64,000 bases of DNA from Candidatus Omnitrophota bacterium (lineage in GTDB: Bacteria > Omnitrophota > Gorgyraeia > Gygaellales > Profunditerraquicolaceae), in contig JAOAET010000051.1 of the NCBI GenBank assembly GCA_026416665.1, positions 139,800 through 203,799 on the forward strand, given 5' to 3'. Below are positions 20,370 through 29,272 of this stretch, one piece after another. Position 1 is the stretch's first letter. Every line of letters starts with the position of its first letter. Below the pieces are notes generated by a model. That model saw nothing but the letters and a program-made list of their open reading frames with translations. It was not told the origin of the DNA and ran no database searches. Both the position numbers and the translations under genes were made by a program.

Positions 20370-20668
20370 AAGTTTGCTCCTGCAAGCTCTTTCAACAAAA
20401 CAGCAACACTAGGCTGTTTTTTGATTTGCCCGCGAGAAGGTATCTCCAAGACAAGTGGCATAGGCTCATCTTTGATACGTATCTTAAGTAAGTCCGGTAT
20501 CATCTCAGCGACTTTTGAAGTAATTAAAATTATTCCTACACCTGGGGTTATTTTAGCTAAACGTAAAGCCTCTTGCGCTTCTTCTTTGTTCTGAACAATT
20601 CTAGTTTCTACTCCTACTAACTTAAATCCTAAAGCAGAATCAATATCTGCAATACAGAAAAATTTCAT
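20366..20668 (-). CDS. atpF: V-type ATP synthase subunit F
   Basis: 100 aa. MKFFCIADIDSALGFKLVGVETRIV is a subunit F signature. Confidence 0.7.
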   Translation of the reverse strand: MKFFCIADIDSALGFKLVGVETRIVQNKEEAQEALRLAKITPGVGIILITSKVAEMIPDLLKIRIKDEPMPLVLEIPSRGQIKKQPSVAVLLKELAGANL

Positions 20669-20669
20669 T

Positions 20670-20996
20670 TTACACCTTCCCTAAAATCATAATAGCAATA
20701 ATTAAACCGTAAATAGCAATTCCTTCAGCTAATCCTACAAAAATAAGGGCACGCCCAGCAACTTCGGGCTTCTCACTCATTGCACCTACTGCCGCAGCAC
20801 CCACATAAGCTACAGCAATTCCACCTGCAAGTGCACTGAGACCCGTAGCAATAGCTGCTGCCAAAAGTGCAAACTTGACTATACCAGGATCAGTGATTTT
20901 CGCAGTCGACTCTTGAGCCAAGACAACCGTAGTTGCACATAGAGACAGAAGTAAAATCCCTAGAATTGTTACCCAACATCCTCTTTTTTTATACAT
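20670..20996 (-). CDS. atpK: V-type ATP synthase proteolipid subunit K (c-ring)
   Basis: 108 aa. One hairpin of two TM helices plus an N-terminal signal/TM segment. Conserved carboxylate in GLAEGIAIYG. Confidence 0.75.
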   Translation of the reverse strand: MYKKRGCWVTILGILLLSLCATTVVLAQESTAKITDPGIVKFALLAAAIATGLSALAGGIAVAYVGAAAVGAMSEKPEVAGRALIFVGLAEGIAIYGLIIAIMILGKV

Positions 20997-21033
20997 CTTT
21001 CTCCTCCTATTTTAAATTGTTGTTTCTACTTCC

Positions 21034-22977
21034 CTATACTGAAAGTGGCTGATACAGACGTTTCCCACCAACAAAGAACTTGGATAAAAACTCATAGTAA
21101 TTAAGCCGAAGTGACTGAATAGTTACAATAAGTCCTTCCAATAACACTACTAAGATATTACCTATTATTATTACCAACCAAGAAATAAATATACCTGCTT
21201 TTGTGTTGGCATCCGTAAGTTGAGAGAGGGAAAAAATAGCCAAAAACAGTCCTGCATGAGCTAAAGCAAAAGCAGCCACACGAATAAAAGAGACAGTGTT
21301 GGATAAGTACCCAGTTAATATCTCCATAATTGTTACCATTCCTTCCATAAAGGATTCAAAAATTGCACTATGCCGTTTAATGAATAAACTTTCGAATATT
21401 GGATAAAGAAATAATAACAAAATACCCGTAAAGATAAAGTAATAATATATAAGTGGAATTTCAGTATTATGAAAAAATCTTTTGCTTATTAAACCAATAG
21501 CTAACCAATAAACCAAACCACCTATTAATCCTGCTTTATCAAACACAGCCTTTAGATAATTTTTGTCTCTTAAAGCATTTATAATATTAAGAATAATCCC
21601 CAGACTCACTAAAAAGATTCCCAAGAAAATCCCTGCTTTAAAAATTCCCATAATATCTTTCATAGGTTTTATCCATATAGAATCAAATTCAAAACCAAAG
21701 ACGCTGCCATAGAGAAAACCAAAGACCATTGCGCTTATCCCTGAGTATAACAATAATGTTCCTATCTGAGGATTAGGTTTACGTTTAAAATATTTCAGCC
21801 ACCAAGAATTCACTGGTTTTAGAAGTATAAGTAAACCAACCAAAGCTAAAACCAAACCATGCCCTATATCACCAAACATTGCTCCAAACATAATCAAAAA
21901 ACTAATGGCTACAAAAACCGTAGGGTCTATCGTCCCATAACGAGGGAGCCCGTATGATTCAAGAAGCAGCTCAAAAGGTTTTAAGAAACTATTGTGTTTA
22001 AGACATACAGGAATTTCTTCCTTTGGTATGGGCAAAGTATCTGCTTGGTGTGTCTCCAAATATACTACATCTGTAAGAGACTTAATCTTTCGGATTATCT
22101 CTTCTCTTTTATCGCGTGGCACCCAACCAGCGAATACTGCGCTGGTCTCAGTAGTAGAAGAAAAACGTTTTGCCTCTAACAAAGATTTTTTTAATTTAAG
22201 ATAAGAACTAAGCTGTCTTAACTGGTCACTATAGTGTTGGGCTAAATTATTAATTTTTCCTTCCGTTATACTAATATTTTTTCTGATTTGATTAATCTTC
22301 TCCTCGATTTGACTGCGTGATTCCTCAGAAAGCCTTTGTGAATCCTGTGGTAGCTCTACCTCTTGCCAAGCAACGTCACCGAGAACTTTTAATAATAAAT
22401 TTTTGTCTCTCCGTAATCCTATAAAAAGACAAGTAATTTTTGTTCCGTCTTTACGGAAAGGATAAACTACATGTGGCAGATCTATTAAGCTACGTTCAAG
22501 CATACCTAAGTTTCTTTCTTCTATCTGACCGCAAGAGACAAAGAGAAAGGAATAAGGACCACTTAAACTAAGTTTTTGAGGAAAATACTCCTTTATTTGA
22601 GACAGTATCGTCCGATTTGCGGATAGTTCTTCTTGGAGACGTTTTTTGTCTTCTAACAGAGGCTCTAATTCTTTGGATATAGCATCTAATTTTTGCTGGA
22701 TATCTGATAAAGATAACTGTTGCAGCTGTTGGCTTGACGTATAACCTGAAGTCAGATTTAACTTATGTGATATCTCACGGATTTTTGCTTCAAGATGTTC
22801 AATCTCGTGAGATTCTTTTTCTACCTGCGCTGGGGTAAGACCGCGAATCTTTTCTTCGATATTTACAATATCCACAGGATGGAAAAATCCAAGCTCAACT
22901 AGCTGTTGAGCAATTTGCTCTTGATGCTGGCGCAATACTACAAAACAAACTAAATCCATTGCTAAAGGTGTAATCAT
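21034..22977 (-). CDS. atpI: V-type ATP synthase subunit I (a-subunit)
   Basis: 647 aa. Coiled-coil soluble N-terminal half and a multi-TM C-terminal half. Confidence 0.8.
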   Translation of the reverse strand: MITPLAMDLVCFVVLRQHQEQIAQQLVELGFFHPVDIVNIEEKIRGLTPAQVEKESHEIEHLEAKIREISHKLNLTSGYTSSQQLQQLSLSDIQQKLDAISKELEPLLEDKKRLQEELSANRTILSQIKEYFPQKLSLSGPYSFLFVSCGQIEERNLGMLERSLIDLPHVVYPFRKDGTKITCLFIGLRRDKNLLLKVLGDVAWQEVELPQDSQRLSEESRSQIEEKINQIRKNISITEGKINNLAQHYSDQLRQLSSYLKLKKSLLEAKRFSSTTETSAVFAGWVPRDKREEIIRKIKSLTDVVYLETHQADTLPIPKEEIPVCLKHNSFLKPFELLLESYGLPRYGTIDPTVFVAISFLIMFGAMFGDIGHGLVLALVGLLILLKPVNSWWLKYFKRKPNPQIGTLLLYSGISAMVFGFLYGSVFGFEFDSIWIKPMKDIMGIFKAGIFLGIFLVSLGIILNIINALRDKNYLKAVFDKAGLIGGLVYWLAIGLISKRFFHNTEIPLIYYYFIFTGILLLFLYPIFESLFIKRHSAIFESFMEGMVTIMEILTGYLSNTVSFIRVAAFALAHAGLFLAIFSLSQLTDANTKAGIFISWLVIIIGNILVVLLEGLIVTIQSLRLNYYEFLSKFFVGGKRLYQPLSV

Positions 22978-24014
22978 ATTCTCACAATATACTCAGTTTC
23001 TTCAGAAGCAAGACCCAAAACTTTGGCATTTAAAAGAGAAATTACTGCCTGGGTTTCTTTTTGCATTAATAATAGGTATCCTAGCACAGTTCCGATGGTA
23101 AAAGGAAATCCTGACATTGCCTGCCTTATCTTCTGTTGTAAGAAATCAAAGAGAAATCCTTCAAGAAAAGTAATATTTTCTTCCACTAAGGATTTTAACT
23201 GTGCATAAGGACCCAAAGAAATACTTTCAATAACTTTACCTAATCCATCAGAGGCATAAACTTGACTTAATCTCTCTTTAGTAATCCAAGCTCCTCCTGG
23301 TAAAATGCCTTCTAACATCTCCCCAATTCCCATAGAATAATACTTACGCATTCGTATTAACCAATGAATATTCTCTATATCTACTACCACTGCCAAGATA
23401 TTGCGTGCAATAATTTTATCGTTGTTTGATAATTTATCAACGCACTGCCAGAGACGTCGGTAATAATCTACATCCAAAGCAGCTTCTATATAGAAGATTG
23501 AATTATGGACTTTATAGTTATTTCGTGCATTAATTAGTGGCTTCTTATAAGGTGTCTCATCTAAAAGTACAATTATCTCCTCTAAAGAGGCGCATGCAAG
23601 CAATTTATGGGGCTGTAGATGAGCACCTAAATCTTCGCCGATAAGATAATCTTCTATATTAACAGACAATTTCTTGTGCCAAATACGTAATATAACTTTT
23701 AACTCTTCTAATTCATAACGTTGTAACAATAAGTTAACCAAAACTTTTTCAACAGACCCGTTAATTGCAGTGTATACTCTTCGGAAACGCGCAATAGCAT
23801 ACCGTATAAGCCGGCGCTCTAAATCGGTAATATCAAAATTGCCCCAGTCTATGCTCCTTAGGACTTCTTGGTAATGCGTCTGTGTCAAACTATCAACTAA
23901 TTCATAAATATCCTTTACTCGTCTTAACTGCTGCAAAGTAGTGGAGTCTAAAATTCTTGAGAGCATAGCCCGGATTTTGGCATTAGCAAACGAATACTTG
24001 GCAAGTTCACGCAT
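22974..24014 (-). CDS. atpC: V-type ATP synthase subunit C (d-type)
   Basis: 346 aa all-helical protein. 4-nt overlap with subunit I. Confidence 0.7.
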   Translation of the reverse strand: MRELAKYSFANAKIRAMLSRILDSTTLQQLRRVKDIYELVDSLTQTHYQEVLRSIDWGNFDITDLERRLIRYAIARFRRVYTAINGSVEKVLVNLLLQRYELEELKVILRIWHKKLSVNIEDYLIGEDLGAHLQPHKLLACASLEEIIVLLDETPYKKPLINARNNYKVHNSIFYIEAALDVDYYRRLWQCVDKLSNNDKIIARNILAVVVDIENIHWLIRMRKYYSMGIGEMLEGILPGGAWITKERLSQVYASDGLGKVIESISLGPYAQLKSLVEENITFLEGFLFDFLQQKIRQAMSGFPFTIGTVLGYLLLMQKETQAVISLLNAKVLGLASEETEYIVRI

Positions 24015-24336
24015 TGTATTCAGGAATGTTTATGACTGATAAAAAATACTTATGGGCAAGCGCAGGGATATCCTGCGACCAGTTTGCATAACACTTTGTC
24101 ATTTCTTCAATAGTCCCCTGCAATTCTTTCTCTTTAAGCTCTTGATACTTTTTAACTATTTGTTCCTCTGTCGTGCGTATCTGTTGCTGGGTTTCTCTTA
24201 AGGTTTCTTCTAATAACAACCTGGCCTGTTCCTCTGCCTGTTTTATTATTGTTTGCGACTCAAACCGTGCTGTCTCAAGTAACTTACGTGCTTCATCTTC
24301 CTTCCGCAATATATTATCAATTATCTCTTTCATCAT
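24007..24336 (-). CDS. V-type ATP synthase peripheral-stalk subunit G/H
   Basis: 109-aa coiled-coil protein at the head of the operon, overlapping subunit C. Confidence 0.5.
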   Translation of the reverse strand: MMKEIIDNILRKEDEARKLLETARFESQTIIKQAEEQARLLLEETLRETQQQIRTTEEQIVKKYQELKEKELQGTIEEMTKCYANWSQDIPALAHKYFLSVINIPEYNA

Positions 24337-24399
24337 TTATTATGTAGTTTTAGCAGAAAAGAAATCTCCCCTAACCTGATATTAGAAAATTTTATAAAC

Positions 24400-24440
24400 A
24401 AATGTATTATATCGCGGGCGTAGGAAGGTGTCTATTATTT
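24400..24440 (-). promoter_or_regulatory. candidate sigma70-type promoter of the V-ATPase operon
   Basis: Minus strand: TAGACA (plus 24429-24434), 17-nt spacer, TATAAT (plus 24406-24411). Lies ~70 nt upstream of the subunit G/H start. Confidence 0.4.
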
Positions 24441-24467
24441 TTTATTAGAGAATTTTATTATGGGAAT

Positions 24468-24809
24468 TTAACCAATTGCAGTCGGACCTCGTTCTTCTGT
24501 TCTTATGCGTATACATTCTTTTAAGTCTAAGACAAAAATCTTACCATCACCTATCTCGCCGGTTTTCGCTCCACGAATAATTGCTTTAATCGTTGGTTCC
24601 ACGAAGTTTTCATTAACAGCTATCTCAAGCCGAATTTTTCTTAAGAGATTGCCTGTTTCTTTTACTCCACGATATATTTCAGTATAACCCTTCTGGCGAC
24701 CGTGCCCCATTACTTCACTAACAGTCAGCAGATTAACTTCTGCACGATACAATTCTTCTTTTACGTCATCAAGCTTATCCGGCTGAATAATAGCAATAAT
24801 AAGCTTCAT
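24468..24809 (-). CDS. glnK: P-II nitrogen regulatory protein (GlnK-type, downstream of amt)
   Basis: 113 aa. T-loop [12 protein letters not shown] and C-terminal GEIGDGKIF. Confidence 0.8.
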   Translation of the reverse strand: MKLIIAIIQPDKLDDVKEELYRAEVNLLTVSEVMGHGRQKGYTEIYRGVKETGNLLRKIRLEIAVNENFVEPTIKAIIRGAKTGEIGDGKIFVLDLKECIRIRTEERGPTAIG

Positions 24810-24818
24810 AATTCCTCC

Positions 24819-26039
24819 TTATTCTAGCACGCTGTAAGCGCGCTCATGATGTTGTGTAAGGTCAAGACCCATAATCTCATCTCTTAAGGTAACCCGCATA
24901 CCCATAACTAAATCCACCGCTTTGTATATTACAAAAGTAATTATCCCAGAGTAAAGCAGTGTTACTACTACTGCCTTTGCCTGAATAATAAGCTGTTGAG
25001 GATTTCCAAAGAATAAACCATCCGCTCCCGCAGGATTTACTGCCTTAGAACAAAATAAACCTGTAGCTAAAGCTCCCCAAATCCCACCTATACAGTGAAC
25101 ACCAAAGGCATCTAGACTATCATCATAACCTAAAGCTGGCTTTAAGACTGTCACCGCAAAGAAACAGAAAACACTTACTAAACCACCGATAATAATGGCA
25201 GGAACAACACTTACATATCCTGCGGCAGGGGTAATTGCAACCAATCCTGCTACTATTCCAGAGCATACGCCAAACACCGTAGGTTTACCATGTTTTAACC
25301 ATTCAATGACTGCCCAACTTAATCCTGCGGCTGCTGCTGCGGTATTGGTTACCACAAAAGCATTTGCTGCTAAACCATTTGCTGCTAGTGCACTTGCTGA
25401 ATTAAACCCAAACCATCCAAACCATAATAACCCTGTTCCAAGAACTACAAAGGGAACGTTATGTGGTGCTGCTGCTAAGGGTGGTTTTCTTTTTCCTAAA
25501 AGAATAGCGCAAATTAAAGCAGCAATACCTGCATTAATATGGACAACTGTGCCACCAGCAAAATCTAAAGCCCCCATCTTACGTAATATCCCACCTAATC
25601 CCCAAACCCAGTGGCAGATAGGACAATAAACAAAAGTAAACCAGAGAATCATAAAGGCCATAAAACTAGAAAATTTCATACGTTCAGCAAAAGCCCCAAT
25701 AATAAGTGCAGGAGTAATTATTGCAAACATTGCTTGAAATATCATAAATGCTTGATGTGGGATTGTCTCTGAATAACCACTAAATGGTTCTAATCCTACT
25801 GATTTGAGATTTAACCAAGCAAATCCACCCCAGAATCCTTCTGAAGGTGCAAAAGAAAGACTATAACCATAAACAACCCACAATACACTTACTACACACA
25901 TGAGCATAAAACATTGCATAAGAATACTAACTATATTTTTCCTGCGTACCATTCCTCCATAGAAAAAAGCTAGAGCCGGAGTCATCACAAAAACTAATGC
26001 TGCTCCCATTAACACAAATGCTGTATCAGCTGCGTTCAT
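24819..26039 (-). CDS. amt: ammonium transporter
   Basis: 406 aa, ~11 TM. Amt/MEP family. Confidence 0.85.
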   Translation of the reverse strand: MNAADTAFVLMGAALVFVMTPALAFFYGGMVRRKNIVSILMQCFMLMCVVSVLWVVYGYSLSFAPSEGFWGGFAWLNLKSVGLEPFSGYSETIPHQAFMIFQAMFAIITPALIIGAFAERMKFSSFMAFMILWFTFVYCPICHWVWGLGGILRKMGALDFAGGTVVHINAGIAALICAILLGKRKPPLAAAPHNVPFVVLGTGLLWFGWFGFNSASALAANGLAANAFVVTNTAAAAAGLSWAVIEWLKHGKPTVFGVCSGIVAGLVAITPAAGYVSVVPAIIIGGLVSVFCFFAVTVLKPALGYDDSLDAFGVHCIGGIWGALATGLFCSKAVNPAGADGLFFGNPQQLIIQAKAVVVTLLYSGIITFVIYKAVDLVMGMRVTLRDEIMGLDLTQHHERAYSVLE

Positions 26040-26064
26040 CTTATCCTCCTTTTTTCTTTATATT

Positions 26065-26409
26065 TCATAACGCACTTTCCCCTCGTTCACCTGTTCTGAT
26101 CCTAATTGCCTCTTCTACTGGTGAGATAAATATCTTGCCGTCGCCAAATTCTCCTGTTCGCGCTGAAGTAATTATGGTATCGACTATTCTGTCAACCATA
26201 TCGTCCTTAACCACAATTTCTATTTTTGTCTTTGGCAATACTCCTACTTTGTATTCCCTGCCTTGGAATTTTTGCACAACACCACCTTGATTTCCTCGGC
26301 CATCCACTTGTGTGATGTTAAAACCAGAAACCCCTAAGTTCTCTAATGCTTGTCTTACTTCTTTAATCTTCTCAGGGCGAACAAATGCCTCTATTTTTTT
26401 CATCGCCAC
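26065..26409 (-). CDS. P-II family nitrogen regulatory protein with a divergent T-loop (no Tyr51)
   Basis: 114 aa. T-loop GRGNQGGVVQKFQGREYKV has Phe at the canonical uridylylation position. C-terminus GEFGDGKIF. Confidence 0.75.
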   Translation of the reverse strand: MAMKKIEAFVRPEKIKEVRQALENLGVSGFNITQVDGRGNQGGVVQKFQGREYKVGVLPKTKIEIVVKDDMVDRIVDTIITSARTGEFGDGKIFISPVEEAIRIRTGERGESAL

Positions 26410-26417
26410 CTCCTTTT

Positions 26418-26465
26418 AAAGAAAAAAGACGTTTTGCTCTCGTTTTAAGAATCGCAAAACGTCTT
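26418..26465 (-). terminator. intrinsic-terminator-like hairpin plus T-run immediately 5' of the P-II gene SD (candidate leader attenuator)
   Basis: Minus strand: AAGACGTTTTGC, 16-nt loop, GCAAAACGTCTT, then TTTTTTCTTTAAAAGGAGGtggcgATG. Confidence 0.5.
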
Positions 26466-26474
26466 TGTTTCTCT

Positions 26475-26503
26475 GTAAAAAAATATGCCCTTATACAGGG
26501 CAT
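26475..26503 (-). terminator. intrinsic terminator (ends the sigma-like gene; second hairpin in the glnB-amt leader)
   Basis: Minus strand: ATGCCCT-gtata-AGGGCAT followed by ATTTTTTTAC. Confidence 0.5.
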
Positions 26504-26592
26504 TCTGTCTTACACTACATCGTGTTTATCTTTGTTACTTCACTTATACAAGTAAAAAATATTCATCTTTGGTAACAAAATTTTTAAGATAT

Positions 26593-27114
26593 CTACTCAA
26601 GGTGCTTCTTGCATTTTTTTAGAATAATCCTACGGTATTTAATTACAGAGACATGTGAAATAGACAATTTTCTTCCAATTTGGCGTGTGCTTAGCCCTTC
26701 AGCTAAAAGTAAAAGAATCTCTTTTTCTCGTTGGGTTAAACCATTATTATAAATTGCCTCACTAATAAGCTGGGTATTTAGCCTTTCAAAATAATCTTCT
26801 TGTCGGTTATCGCTTATTTCCCATAAATAATCGCTGGTTAAATCTGCACTTGAATTCACAGGTGCATCTAAACTTACTTCGTCTTTTCTCTTCTGGGCCG
26901 TGCGTAAGTAATTACGGATATGGTAGTAACATCCCTGTAGGATATAACTGTCGGTTTTGTCCTCTAATGCCTTATCAAGATATCTTTTCCAAAGGTACAC
27001 CAAGGCCTCTTGATAAAGGTCGTCTGCAGATAAAGACGCATCCTTTCTGTAGACGCGATTGCAAATAGCCTTAAGTCGACCAGAAAATTTTTCTACCAAC
27101 TCTTCGTAACTCAT
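26593..27114 (-). CDS. sigma-70-family (ECF-like) factor with a LuxR/GerE-like C-terminal HTH
   Basis: 173 aa. Region-2-like DDLYQEALVYLWKRY. C-terminal LTQREKEILLLLAEGLSTRQIGRKLSISHVSVIKYRRIILKK. Start overlaps the nadE stop. Confidence 0.55.
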   Translation of the reverse strand: MSYEELVEKFSGRLKAICNRVYRKDASLSADDLYQEALVYLWKRYLDKALEDKTDSYILQGCYYHIRNYLRTAQKRKDEVSLDAPVNSSADLTSDYLWEISDNRQEDYFERLNTQLISEAIYNNGLTQREKEILLLLAEGLSTRQIGRKLSISHVSVIKYRRIILKKCKKHLE

Positions 27115-28811
27115 TATTTACCTCTGTATTTATTGGTAATAGGCATACGCCTGTCTCTACCAAATGCCCGTGGAGTAATCTTTACGCCGGGGGGAGATTG
27201 CCTGCGTTTATATTCACTTTTGTCCACCATTTGAATAACCCGCTCTACTATGCCAGAGGGATATCCTTTTTTTATAATTTCCTCGTAGGACATGTCATAC
27301 TCTATATAGAACTTAAGAATTCCATCTAATATCTTATACTCTGGTAGTGTATCGCTATCTTTCTGATTATAGCGTAATTCTGCTGTTGGCTCCTTTTTAA
27401 AAACGGTAGCTGGTATTATTTCTTTATTACTGTTACAATAACTTGCTAATTCATAAACAACCGTTTTGGGAACATCTTTTAAAACAGCAAACCCACCAAT
27501 TAGGTCGCCATAAAGAGTAGTATAACCACAACTGATTTCAGACTTATTTGCCGTATTAAGAACTAACCAACCAAATTTATTAGATAAAGCCATTAGGATA
27601 TTACCTCTGATTCTGGCTTGGATATTCTCTTCAGTAACATCCCGCTGTGTCCCAAGAAATTCCTTCTCCAAAATAAGAAGATACATTTGATAAATCTGTT
27701 CAATAGAAATATTCTTAAAGGTTATGCCTAGATTTTCCGCAACCTTTTGTGCATCAGCTTGCGACTGTGGTGAGGAATATCGTGAAGGCATAAATACCCC
27801 GATAACATTTTCTTTTCCTAGAGCATCAGCGGCAATAGTAGCTACTAAACTTGAATCAATACCTCCGCTTAAACCGACAATTACTTTCGTAAAACCATTT
27901 TTATGCACATAATCGCGTAAACCCAAAACAAGGGCTTGATAAATCTCTTGAATGGGGGACAAAACCATTATCTTTTGCTTTGGTAGATTAATCTTATTTT
28001 GATTACCTGTGCCTACTGGTATCTTTTTTATATTCTTCGGTGTTCTCCTACTATCTTGCGCAACTAATAAATCTTCCAATAATAAATCCTCAGCAAAGGC
28101 CTTTGCTTGGCTGATCATTTTGCCATGGCTATCAACAATAAAACTTCTTCCGTCAAAGACTAATTCATCCTGTCCCCCCACCATATTGACATAGACAATA
28201 AAAACTTTATTTTCTTTAGCTTGTTGACGGATAATCTCTTGCCTCTCTTTAAATTTCTGTAGATGAAAAGGAGAGGCATTGCTTACCAAAATAATCTTTG
28301 CTCCTTTTTGGGCCTCTTCTTTTAAAGGACCAGTCTTGTGCCATACATCTTCACATATTGCCACACCTATTTTGATATAACTTTTGTTTTTTACCATACA
28401 AAAAACTAATGGCTTATTACCTGCCACAAAATATCTTTTTTCATCAAAAACTCCGCTATTTGGTAAAAGTGTTTTGTGATATGCTGTTTGAATGCGTCTG
28501 TTAGCAATAATTGCCGAGGCATTAAAGATACCTAATTCTGTTTTATCTACAAATCCAACCACCGCAATAATCCCCTCTACCTTTACAGCAATTTCTTTTA
28601 GAATAGCAATATTCTGCCTTACAAAGTGCTCCTTAAAAAGAAGGTCCTCAGGTGGATAACCTGTTAAGCATAACTCAGGAAACACTACTATATCTGCTCC
28701 CAAGTTTTTTGCTTTTTCAATATTTGAGATAATAAGTTGGTAATTCTCAAATAATGCTCCTACTGTGGGATTAACTTGTGCACAAGCTATGCGAATTCTA
28801 GTTCTTACCAT
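27114..28811 (-). CDS. nadE: glutamine-dependent NAD+ synthetase
   Basis: 565 aa. N-terminal carbon-nitrogen hydrolase domain plus C-terminal NAD synthetase domain with the PP-loop VGLSGGIDSS. Confidence 0.85.
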   Translation of the reverse strand: MVRTRIRIACAQVNPTVGALFENYQLIISNIEKAKNLGADIVVFPELCLTGYPPEDLLFKEHFVRQNIAILKEIAVKVEGIIAVVGFVDKTELGIFNASAIIANRRIQTAYHKTLLPNSGVFDEKRYFVAGNKPLVFCMVKNKSYIKIGVAICEDVWHKTGPLKEEAQKGAKIILVSNASPFHLQKFKERQEIIRQQAKENKVFIVYVNMVGGQDELVFDGRSFIVDSHGKMISQAKAFAEDLLLEDLLVAQDSRRTPKNIKKIPVGTGNQNKINLPKQKIMVLSPIQEIYQALVLGLRDYVHKNGFTKVIVGLSGGIDSSLVATIAADALGKENVIGVFMPSRYSSPQSQADAQKVAENLGITFKNISIEQIYQMYLLILEKEFLGTQRDVTEENIQARIRGNILMALSNKFGWLVLNTANKSEISCGYTTLYGDLIGGFAVLKDVPKTVVYELASYCNSNKEIIPATVFKKEPTAELRYNQKDSDTLPEYKILDGILKFYIEYDMSYEEIIKKGYPSGIVERVIQMVDKSEYKRRQSPPGVKITPRAFGRDRRMPITNKYRGK

Positions 28812-28868
28812 ATGTCTTACCTTCTCTTTGAACTTCCTTTTTTAAAATACCAAAAACTTGCAGGTATC

Positions 28869-28928
28869 ATAAAAATAAAAAAGGCGTCCATTCTTACATC
28901 AAAAATTGATGTTCTTTAGGACGCCTTT
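28869..28928 (-). terminator. intrinsic terminator (downstream of carB', second of a tandem pair)
   Basis: Minus strand: AAAGGCGTCC, loop, GGACGCCTTT, then TTTTATTTTT. Confidence 0.55.
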
Positions 28929-28929
28929 A

Positions 28930-28964
28930 TCCTAAAAATAAAAACGTTCGCTTTTTTGCGAACG
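28930..28964 (-). terminator. intrinsic terminator (downstream of carB')
   Basis: Minus strand: CGTTCGC-AAAAAA-GCGAACG followed by TTTTTATTTTT. Confidence 0.55.
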
Positions 28965-29272
28965 CCTTTGTCAGCTTACTTCTTTGTTCTATTTAAAATA
29001 TACCACAATTTCAGTTTTTGTCAAGGATTTTGTCACAGTAGGTAGTATCCTAAATCTTGTGTAAATCTTAATTGAAAAGCAACTTAAAAGGTGTATCTCT
29101 CTTGCAATATTTTATTAACCCGAAGTTTAAACTTTAGCCTTCTAAGAGAAAGAAGTATGTCTATCCAATACTTGGTTTCTAATTTTAATTTAACACAGAG
29201 AGATAAAGAAGGATAAACCTTTAAAGGAATTTACACAATTTATTTGACATCACCGTTAGCGCTGATGAAATA

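Noticed and set aside
25195-25629. 144-aa plus-strand ORF (PAAGVIATNPATIPEHTP...)
   Set aside because: Lies entirely antisense within the amt coding region. Ala/Pro-rich translation is typical of antisense of a membrane-protein gene. No SD.
28812-29272. 460-bp non-coding gap examined for tRNA/ncRNA
   Set aside because: No cloverleaf-compatible GC-rich stems were seen. The only strong structures are the two terminators reported.
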